Of a DNA stretch of 64,000 nucleotides, positions 15,852 to 22,728 are shown one piece after another (positions within the stretch are counted from its first letter, which is position 1; each line of letters begins with the position of its first letter). The notes under the pieces are model-generated. The model worked only from the letters and a program-made list of their open reading frames with translations. It searched no databases and was not told the DNA's origin. Where the stretch lies: positions 57,252 to 121,251 of the forward strand of contig JBIOVV010000008.1 in the NCBI GenBank assembly GCA_044867925.1, read 5' to 3'. The DNA is from Solirubrobacterales bacterium. GTDB lineage: Bacteria; Actinomycetota; Thermoleophilia; Solirubrobacterales; 70-9. The translations under genes were made by a program, and so were the position numbers.

Positions 15852-17279
15852 TCAGCGGCGCTTCTTCTTGTGCGGCTTCGTGACTTCGAAGGACCAGCGG
15901 GCCGGGCTGGCATCCCGGTTGCCGGCGGCGTCGATCGCCCGCACCTCGAGCTTGTGCTTGCCCGGCTTCACCCTTCTCGTCAGCGGCGACGTGCAGGGGG
16001 TGAATTTTTTCGCCTTGTCGAACTTGCACTCGAAGCGCGAGCCCACCTCGGAGGAGGCAAAGGCGAATTTGACCCTCCGCTTCCGCGATTTCCTCTTCGG
16101 CTTCTTGCCGATCGTCGTCTCCGGTGCGGTCGCGTCCTTGGCCGCGCCGCCAGCGGTGACGCTCGTCGGCGGCACTACCGCAGAAGCGTCGGTTGTAACC
16201 ACCAGGGCTCCGCCCCCGCCGGCGACCGCGCCGTTGTCGGCGCTTGCAAGCGAGACCGCGCTCCAGCCGGTCGTCGCGAGCGGTCCGGTCGCGTCGTTGA
16301 AGTAGAAGTTGTCGCCGTCGACCGAGCTGAGGATCATCCCGCCGCCGCCGGCGCTGAGCACTGTGCCTGCGGCGTAGTCGACGTCGGCGGCTTCGGAGAA
16401 TGGGCGGGCTTCGGTGTTGACCAGTTTGAAGGTCTCCGAGCTGCTCCAGCCGTCGGCCGTCCGCGCCGTCATCGAGACCCCGTAAGGCCCCGGCGTAACC
16501 GCCCACATCCGGCTCGGGTTTGCCGGGTCGCCGGCGATGTGGGCGGGGCCCTGACCGTTGCCGCAGCCGGCCGCCTTCTCCGTGGCCGCGCTGCTCAACG
16601 CGTTGGCGGTGAGGAAGACCTTGTGAAAGGAGCCCTCGCAGAAGTAGGCGACGTTTGGGTTGGTGGGGACGAAGAAGGCATCGCCGATGCCCTGCGAGTA
16701 CGGCGCGGGGATCTTGCAGGTGTTGTCGATGTCGCGGTTCGCGTCCACCCAGGTGCCGGTGCTGCCAACCGTCGAGGTCGTGCCGGAGCTGCGCGCGAGC
16801 TGCGCCCCCTCGGCCATGATCCAAGCTGCGGTTTCGCCGGCGAAGCGGACGGCGTAGGCATCGCCCAGGGGAGAGCTGCCGGTGCAATCGGGGAAGGTCG
16901 TCCCGGTTTTCGAGACCGGCACCGAGCTCACGCTTTCCCAGTTGAGCCCGCCGTTGGCGGTGCGCAGGACTTGCCCTGCATTGCCGACGGCCATGCCGAC
17001 CTGACTGGGCGCGGGCAGGAACTCGACGTCGTTGAGCGTGATGCCGCTGGGGCCGTACTGGCGGGTGAAGCCGCCGCCGTTCCGCGTGAAGATCTCTCCG
17101 TTTGCGGTCGTAAACCAGAACCGGGTTGGGCTCTGGTATTCGACCGCGGTAATCGTGCTCGTCGTCCCCGACGGGATCTGGGTCCAGGTCGTCGCCCCAG
17201 CCGAGGCCGGCAGTGACAGCGCCGCGATGGCGAGCCCGGCCGCCGCAAGCCACCTGATCGGCTTTCTCCCTCCGAGCAT
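15852..17279 (-). CDS. Secreted BNR/Ycf48-like beta-propeller protein with a C-terminal Ig-like domain
   Basis: I chose the internal ATG at 17279, which gives the signal peptide MLGGRKPIRWLAAAGLAIAALSLPASAGA and avoids overlap with the MFS gene. Repeats of the type T.NGG..W are present. The C-terminal block F.C.FD....F..C.SP.......G.H.L.VRA.D.AGN is a widespread Ig-like module. The protein ends in KKKRR. Confidence 0.7.
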   Translation of the reverse strand: MLGGRKPIRWLAAAGLAIAALSLPASAGATTWTQIPSGTTSTITAVEYQSPTRFWFTTANGEIFTRNGGGFTRQYGPSGITLNDVEFLPAPSQVGMAVGNAGQVLRTANGGLNWESVSSVPVSKTGTTFPDCTGSSPLGDAYAVRFAGETAAWIMAEGAQLARSSGTTSTVGSTGTWVDANRDIDNTCKIPAPYSQGIGDAFFVPTNPNVAYFCEGSFHKVFLTANALSSAATEKAAGCGNGQGPAHIAGDPANPSRMWAVTPGPYGVSMTARTADGWSSSETFKLVNTEARPFSEAADVDYAAGTVLSAGGGGMILSSVDGDNFYFNDATGPLATTGWSAVSLASADNGAVAGGGGALVVTTDASAVVPPTSVTAGGAAKDATAPETTIGKKPKRKSRKRRVKFAFASSEVGSRFECKFDKAKKFTPCTSPLTRRVKPGKHKLEVRAIDAAGNRDASPARWSFEVTKPHKKKRR

Positions 17280-17358
17280 CCGGTCGAGAATACATGGGCG
17301 TCGCCGACGAAAGCCGGCGATCGGCTCGCCGTCTTGGCCGGGTCGATCGGCCCGGGGG

Positions 17359-18780
17359 TCATTGAAGAGGGCGGCCCCGGGCACTGGGCTTGGCGTCTAT
17401 CTGGGAAGGCGTAGACCGCTGCCTTCCCAGCAATGGCCAGGCGAGGAGGGCGGCGGCGAAGGCGACCGCCGCGGCGACGAGGAGCACGGAGTCCAGGCCG
17501 GCGACGATCCCGGACCGCAAGCCCAGCGCCTCGTCGGCCCGATGCTCGAAGATCGCTCCGAGGCCGGCGATCCCGATCGCGATCCCGAGCTGGCGGAAGG
17601 TGTTGTTGATTCCCGAGGCGAGCCCGCTGCGCTCGACCGGGAGAACGCTCACCATCGCCGCCGCCAGCGCCGGGCTGATCACGCCGATCGCGAGGCCGCC
17701 GACCAGGAGGCCGGGAAGCAGCGCCGTCCACTCGCTGTCGACGTCGACGGCGCGCATCAGCAGCAGCCCGGCGCCGATCAGGATCAGCCCCGCAGTCAGC
17801 GGCACCCGCAGCGGCCAGCGGTTCGTCAGCCGGCCGGAGATCGGCGCGACGACGACGAGCACGAGGGTCAGGGGGAGGATTCGCAGGCCGGTCTCGGTGG
17901 GCGAGAGGCCGAGGCCGCTCTGCAGGTAGATGGCCACGAACAGCAGCAGCGGATAGAGGGCGACCGACTGCGCGAAGGCGACCACGGCCGTGCCGGTGAA
18001 GGCCGGGATTCTGAAGAGCGCCAGCGGCAGCATCGGCGCCTCGCCGCGGCGCTCGACCGCGATGAAGGCGGCGAGCAGCACCGCCGCACCGACCAGTGAG
18101 GCGATGATCGGAGCGCTGCTCCAGCCGTCCTCGTTGCCGCGGATCAGCCCGTAGGTGGCGAGGAAGCAGGCGCTGCCGAAGGTGACCATCCCGGCAGGAT
18201 CGAGCGGGCGCGGCTGTTCCTCGCGGGACTCCGGCAGCGAGCGAGCCGTCAGCCCGATCAGCAGCCCGCCGATCGGCAGGTTGACGAGGAAGATCCAGCG
18301 CCAGTCCAGCTGGTCGGTCAGGACGCCGCCGACCAACGGGCCGATCGCCAGGGCCGCGCCGGTGACGCCGCCCCAGACTCCGAGCGCGAAGCCGCGCTCT
18401 GAGTCCTGAAACTCGTCCGCCAGCAGAGCGAGCGAGGAGGCGAACATCGCCGCGCCGCCGACCCCTTGGGCCGCGCGGGCGAGGTCGAGGAAGACCGGCG
18501 AGCCGGCCAACGCGCAGAGCGCCGAGCAGGCGGTGAAGAGCGCGAGCCCCCATATGAAGACGGCACGCCTGCCGATCCGGTCTGCCAGGGCTCCCGCGCT
18601 GAGCAGCGTCGCGGCCAGGGTCAGCGCGTAGGCGTCGATCACCCACTGCATCTCGCCGAAGCTGGCCCCGAGGTCGGCGCGGATCGCCGGCAGGGCGACG
18701 TTCACCACCGTCACGTCGAGCAGCAGCATCGCCGTCGCCGCCGAGACGACGAGCAGGGTTGTCCAGCGCTCCCGCGTCAC
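17359..18780 (-). CDS. MFS transporter, DHA2 (EmrB/QacA, 14-TMS) type; candidate arsenical efflux pump by context
   Basis: 473 aa. LDVTVVNVALPAI, DAYALTLAATLLSAGALADRIGRR (motif A), and about 14 hydrophobic segments. It starts 15 nt downstream of arsC on the same strand. Confidence 0.88.
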   Translation of the reverse strand: MTRERWTTLLVVSAATAMLLLDVTVVNVALPAIRADLGASFGEMQWVIDAYALTLAATLLSAGALADRIGRRAVFIWGLALFTACSALCALAGSPVFLDLARAAQGVGGAAMFASSLALLADEFQDSERGFALGVWGGVTGAALAIGPLVGGVLTDQLDWRWIFLVNLPIGGLLIGLTARSLPESREEQPRPLDPAGMVTFGSACFLATYGLIRGNEDGWSSAPIIASLVGAAVLLAAFIAVERRGEAPMLPLALFRIPAFTGTAVVAFAQSVALYPLLLFVAIYLQSGLGLSPTETGLRILPLTLVLVVVAPISGRLTNRWPLRVPLTAGLILIGAGLLLMRAVDVDSEWTALLPGLLVGGLAIGVISPALAAAMVSVLPVERSGLASGINNTFRQLGIAIGIAGLGAIFEHRADEALGLRSGIVAGLDSVLLVAAAVAFAAALLAWPLLGRQRSTPSQIDAKPSARGRPLQ

Positions 18781-18795
18781 CAGGGGAGCTTCTCG

Positions 18796-19191
18796 TCAGC
18801 CGCGGTCGAGTTCTTCGACCAGCGCCGCGACCCGCCGCTCGATCTCGTCGCGAGTCGCCCGCACCGCCTCGACCGGCCGGCCCTTCGGGTCGGGCAGGTC
18901 CCAGTCGACGTAGCGGACACCGGGCACGTGGGGGCACTCGTCGCCGCAACCCATCGTCACCACGACGTCGGCCCACTCGGCGTCCTCGGTGCCGAGCAGC
19001 TTCGGCTTGCGCTCGGCGAGGTCGATGCCCAGCTCGCTCATCGCCTCGACGACCTCAGGGTGGACCCGATCGCCGGGAGCGGTGCCCGCCGAGCGGCCCT
19101 CATGGCGGGCGCCGGCGGCACGCTCGAAGAGGGCCTGGCTCATCTGCGAGCGCCCGGCGTTGTGGAGGCAGACGAAGAGGGCGTGGGCCAT
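18796..19191 (-). CDS. arsC: Arsenate reductase, low-molecular-weight phosphatase (LMW-PTP) type
   Basis: I chose the internal ATG at 19191. P-loop FVCLHNAGRS (C-X5-R-S) plus downstream Cys residues in TMGCGDECP. 131 aa. Confidence 0.88.
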   Translation of the reverse strand: MAHALFVCLHNAGRSQMSQALFERAAGARHEGRSAGTAPGDRVHPEVVEAMSELGIDLAERKPKLLGTEDAEWADVVVTMGCGDECPHVPGVRYVDWDLPDPKGRPVEAVRATRDEIERRVAALVEELDRG

Positions 19192-19193
19192 CG

Positions 19194-20087
19194 TCAGCTC
19201 GGCTTGCGGGCGCGGACGATCGCCGAGCCGGCGAGGTCGTGGACACGGTGGGTCTCGGTGATCTCGACGTCTTCCAGACCGGCGTCGAGCAGCGCCTGCT
19301 CGAACTCGCGCCGCGTCAGCGCCCCGGCGATGCAGCCGGTCCATTGCGCCATGCCGGCCCGCGTCGCCGCGTCCATGTCCTCGTCGGCGATCACGTCGGA
19401 GACGGCGAAGCGCCCGCCCGGTCGCAGCACCCGCGCCGCCTCGGCCAGCACCCGCGGCTTGTCGCCGGAGAGGTTGATCACGCAGTTGGAGATCACCACG
19501 TCGACCGACTCGGTGGGGAGGGGGATCGCCTCGATCTCCCCGCGCAGCCACTCGACGTTCTCGACCCCGGCCTTGCGCTGGTTCTCGCGCGCCAAGGCAA
19601 GCATCTCATCGGTCGTGTCGAGCCCGTATGCCTTGCCGGTCGGGCCGACCCGCTTCGCCGAGAGCAGCACGTCGATCCCGCCGCCGGAGCCGAGGTCGAG
19701 GACGGTTTCGCCGGCCCCGAGCTCGGCGACTGCAGTGGGGTTGCCGCAGCCGAGCGAGGCCATCGTCGCGGTGTCGGGAAGCTCGCCGCGCTCGCCCTCG
19801 TCGTAGAGGCTCGCACCGAAGACCTGGGCTTCCTCGTCGTCGAGGACGGCGCCGCGCCCGCAGCAGGAGGCGCCGCCCTCGGCGCTGACGCTTTCGGCGG
19901 CTGCGGCGTAGCGGGAGCGGACCGCCTTGCGGATCTCCTCGCCATCGCTCTGCCCGGCCGAGCAGCCGCAGCTCGAGGACTCCGCCGAGCAGCAGTCCGC
20001 TTTCGCGGAGGGCTCGCAACAGTCAGCTTGTTGCTCGGGAGCGCAGCAGGTCGCGGCATCGACGGGGGGCTCGGTCAGCTCAGCCAT
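19194..20087 (-). CDS. arsM: Arsenite S-adenosylmethionine methyltransferase with a Cys-rich N-terminal extension
   Basis: I chose the internal ATG at 20087. SAM motif VLDLGSGGGID. Conserved arsenic-binding cysteines lie in ASCCG, SLGCGNP and ISNCVINL. The N-terminus reads CCAPEQQADCCEPSAKADCCSAESSSCGCS. Confidence 0.88.
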   Translation of the reverse strand: MAELTEPPVDAATCCAPEQQADCCEPSAKADCCSAESSSCGCSAGQSDGEEIRKAVRSRYAAAAESVSAEGGASCCGRGAVLDDEEAQVFGASLYDEGERGELPDTATMASLGCGNPTAVAELGAGETVLDLGSGGGIDVLLSAKRVGPTGKAYGLDTTDEMLALARENQRKAGVENVEWLRGEIEAIPLPTESVDVVISNCVINLSGDKPRVLAEAARVLRPGGRFAVSDVIADEDMDAATRAGMAQWTGCIAGALTRREFEQALLDAGLEDVEITETHRVHDLAGSAIVRARKPS

Positions 20088-20428
20088 GCGGAGAACTCCT
20101 CCAGAGACTCGGGGATCACGTAGTAGTAGGCCCACAGGCCCCGCCGCTCGGAGCCGACGATGCCGGCTTCGCGCAGCTTCTTCAGGTGGTGGGAGACGGT
20201 GGGCTGGGAGAGGTCGAACAGGGGAACCAGCTCGCAGACGCAGACCTTGCCGGCGTGCTTTTGCAGCACGTCGACGAGCTGCAGGCGAATCGGGTCGCCG
20301 AGCGCCTTGGCGACCGCGGCCAGCCGCTCGGCCTGCTCGCGCTCGACGTCGGGATAGACGACCGGCTCGCAGCAATGCTCGCCGGCCGGGCGCTTGGTCT
20401 TCGGGGCGAGCTCCAGATCGACAGCCAT
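20075..20428 (-). CDS. arsR: ArsR/SmtB family metalloregulator
   Basis: Winged HTH with the metal site CVCELV (compare ELCVCDL of classical ArsR), followed by LSQPTVSHHLKKLREAG. It overlaps the arsM start by 13 nt. Confidence 0.9.
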   Translation of the reverse strand: MAVDLELAPKTKRPAGEHCCEPVVYPDVEREQAERLAAVAKALGDPIRLQLVDVLQKHAGKVCVCELVPLFDLSQPTVSHHLKKLREAGIVGSERRGLWAYYYVIPESLEEFSAWLS

Positions 20429-20465
20429 CTATTTACATATATCTATTGAACTCACGTTTGTCAAT
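20429..20465 (-). promoter_or_regulatory. AT-rich ars promoter: TTGACA-N17-TATATG with the arsR ATG about 7 nt downstream (leaderless-type), overlapping the inverted repeat ATTGA-N11-TCAAT
   Basis: Minus-strand hexamers are TTGACA (20459-20464) and TATATG (20436-20441) with 17-nt spacing. The ATG is at 20428. The inverted repeat arms are at 20445-20449 and 20461-20465. Confidence 0.45.
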
Positions 20466-20652
20466 GCAAGCATCGCGCTCATGAACTCCACTCCCGCTTC
20501 CTCGCCCCACCGTGATCGGCTCATCGCGCGATGCTGACTGATCGATTACCCCCGGTATGCGTGGGTCGATAGACCACTCGGCACGCGTCACTGCGTCTAC
20601 GAGCAACTTTCCAGTCGCCTGCTTGTTGCGGAAGAAACGAGCGGGAGGGGAG

Positions 20653-21336
20653 ATGAGGAGAGCCAGCGTCGTCCAGCTGCTCGAATGCGATCCGGAGCTT
20701 GCCGAGGGGTTGACGGCGGCGGAGCAGGGAATCGCGACGCCGGCCCTGTCCGTGCCGGTGGCGAGGCTGAAGAAGGGGTCGTGGCATCCCGACCAGAGCC
20801 CTCCAGAACCGGGGCATCTCGGCTATCTCCTGCTCAAGGGCTTGCTGGTTCGGCGCATCGAGGTTGGGCCAGGCGCCAGCATCGAGCTGCTGGGCCGAGG
20901 AGAACTGCTGCGACCGTGGCAGGAAGACACCTCATCCTTTTGCAGGTCGTCATGGGAGGTCGTCGAGCCGGCTACCGTGGCCCAGCTGGGTCCGCAGCTC
21001 ACGCGCTGCCTGTGTCAGTGGCCGGCCCTGGTCTCAAACCTCGCGGAGCGCGGGGTGCGGCGCTCGCGAGCGCTGGCCGCTGACGCCGCCGCGGCCAACA
21101 TCGTCGGGCTCGAGGAGAGGCTGCTGACGGCTCTCTGGCAGCTGGCCGAGACCTGGGGCGAGGCAAAGGAGGACGGCGTGCATCTCTCGATCCGCCTGCC
21201 GCACCGCCTGCTCGCCGAGCTGATGGGGGCGAGGCGCCCGTCGATCACCAGCGCCCTGGCCGAGCTGAAGAGGGCCGGTCGGCTGAACACCGGCTCAGAT
21301 GGGCGTTGGGTCCTCTGCGGCGACTCACCTCACTGA
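20653..21336 (+). CDS. Crp/Fnr family transcriptional regulator
   Basis: I chose the ATG at 20653, which is preceded by GGGAGGGGAG. It has a cNMP-binding-like beta-roll (LLGRGELLRPW) and the C-terminal HTH LPHRLLAELMGARRPSITSALAELKRAG. Confidence 0.75.
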   Translation: MRRASVVQLLECDPELAEGLTAAEQGIATPALSVPVARLKKGSWHPDQSPPEPGHLGYLLLKGLLVRRIEVGPGASIELLGRGELLRPWQEDTSSFCRSSWEVVEPATVAQLGPQLTRCLCQWPALVSNLAERGVRRSRALAADAAAANIVGLEERLLTALWQLAETWGEAKEDGVHLSIRLPHRLLAELMGARRPSITSALAELKRAGRLNTGSDGRWVLCGDSPH

Positions 21337-21370
21337 GGTTGGCGTCGTCGAGCTCACGGCTTTGAGGCCC

Positions 21371-21778
21371 TCAGCCAGGGGTCGCGTTGAACGCGACCCA
21401 CCGCGACGCGCACATCGGGCCGCGCTTTTCCTTGTCGGTGACCCGGATTCGGCCTTGAATTCGCCGCTCGCCGACGCGACCGCGGAAGTAGACGCTGTCG
21501 GTCTTGCCGAACTGAGAGTCGCGGAAGCTGCCGTTCGGCTTCGGCTTCGTCCAGAGAAAGCCGCCCTCTTCAAGCAGTAGAGCGCTTCCGTCGCGACAGC
21601 GAAGGTCGATTTCGAAGACGTGGAGCCTGAAGGTCCGCGCCTTGACGGCAACCTTGATCCGGTGACCCTGGGCCGTCTTGCCTTTGAACATCTTTGCCTC
21701 GGCCGAGTCGGCCAGCGCCGCGTCGGATGCGACCAAGCCGAGTGCCAGCGCCCCACCTATGACGAGTCGTACGAGCAT
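21371..21778 (-). CDS. Small secreted hypothetical protein
   Basis: 135 aa with the signal peptide MLVRLVIGGALALGLVASDAALA. No motif recognised. Confidence 0.55.
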   Translation of the reverse strand: MLVRLVIGGALALGLVASDAALADSAEAKMFKGKTAQGHRIKVAVKARTFRLHVFEIDLRCRDGSALLLEEGGFLWTKPKPNGSFRDSQFGKTDSVYFRGRVGERRIQGRIRVTDKEKRGPMCASRWVAFNATPG

Positions 21779-21947
21779 TCCCTGCCTCCCTGGAGAGATT
21801 GACTGCGACTACGTGTGCCGGTGAAACAGCGCCCGAGCGGCATTCGATGCGAGGCCTTGTAAGCGGGCTGACAAGTCCACGCGCGGCTACGCATCGGCAC
21901 GATTGCGGACGGGTTGTCTGCCTGTGTCGTCGGGCAGCCGCCATAGC

Positions 21948-22727
21948 GTGAGCAAGAAGCTCTCACTCGCTCTGATCGCAACGCTGATGGTCACGGCGGC
22001 GGTAACCGCCGGCTTGGCGACTGCGGCGAAGCCGACCGTGGTGCGGGCGGGAAACCTCGTGATCAAGCTCAACGGAGGAGTTGCTCCGAAGGCGCTGCCG
22101 AAGAAGCGTTTGGCGCCGATCGCCCTGCGGATCTCGGGCAACATCTCGACCTCCGACGGCTCGCACCCGCCGGCCGCGAAGCTGGTCATCGCCGACTTCG
22201 ACAAGCACGGCACGGTGAATGCCCGCGGCCTCGTCACCTGCCGGGCAGGAGAGCTGCAGGCGCGCAACACCCGCGCGGCCAGGCGAGCCTGTCCCAAGGC
22301 GATCGTCGGCACCGGCAAGACCAGGGTCAGGGTCGCCTTTCCCGAACAGGCGCCGTTCTACTCGACCGGCCCGCTGATCCTCTTCAACGGTGGCGTCAGG
22401 GGTGGCCTCACGACGATGTACATCCACGCCTACGTCAACGTGCCGGCCCCGACCGCGATCGTCACGGTGGTGAAGATCAAGCGGATCCACAAGGGACGCT
22501 TCGGCACCCGGGCGATCGCCCGCATACCCAAGATCGCCGGGGGCTATGGCTCGGTGACTCGCTTCGCGATGAACATCGAGCGCAGCTTCCAATTCCGCGG
22601 AAGGACGCGCAGCTACCTGTCGGCGCGGTGCGCCAACGGGCGCTTCTTTGCCCACGGGGATCTCGTCTTCACCGGAGGGATTCGCCTCGGAGGAACCGTC
22701 GTGCGCGCCTGCCGGAGCAGGGGCTGA
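21948..22727 (+). CDS. Secreted hypothetical protein, first gene of a two-gene module
   Basis: I chose the GTG at 21948, which gives VSKKLSLALIATLMVTAAVTAGLATAA. It contains the motif C-x17-CP-x2-IVG (VTCRAGELQARNTRAARRACPKAIVGTG), which is also repeated in the downstream protein. Confidence 0.6.
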   Translation: MSKKLSLALIATLMVTAAVTAGLATAAKPTVVRAGNLVIKLNGGVAPKALPKKRLAPIALRISGNISTSDGSHPPAAKLVIADFDKHGTVNARGLVTCRAGELQARNTRAARRACPKAIVGTGKTRVRVAFPEQAPFYSTGPLILFNGGVRGGLTTMYIHAYVNVPAPTAIVTVVKIKRIHKGRFGTRAIARIPKIAGGYGSVTRFAMNIERSFQFRGRTRSYLSARCANGRFFAHGDLVFTGGIRLGGTVVRACRSRG

Positions 22728-22728
22728 G

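Noticed and set aside
16928-18976. 682-aa minus-strand ORF in another frame over the MFS and propeller genes
   Set aside because: It shares a strand with real genes but is in a different frame. It is Arg/Pro/Gly-rich, whereas the MFS frame shows 14 clean hydrophobic segments.
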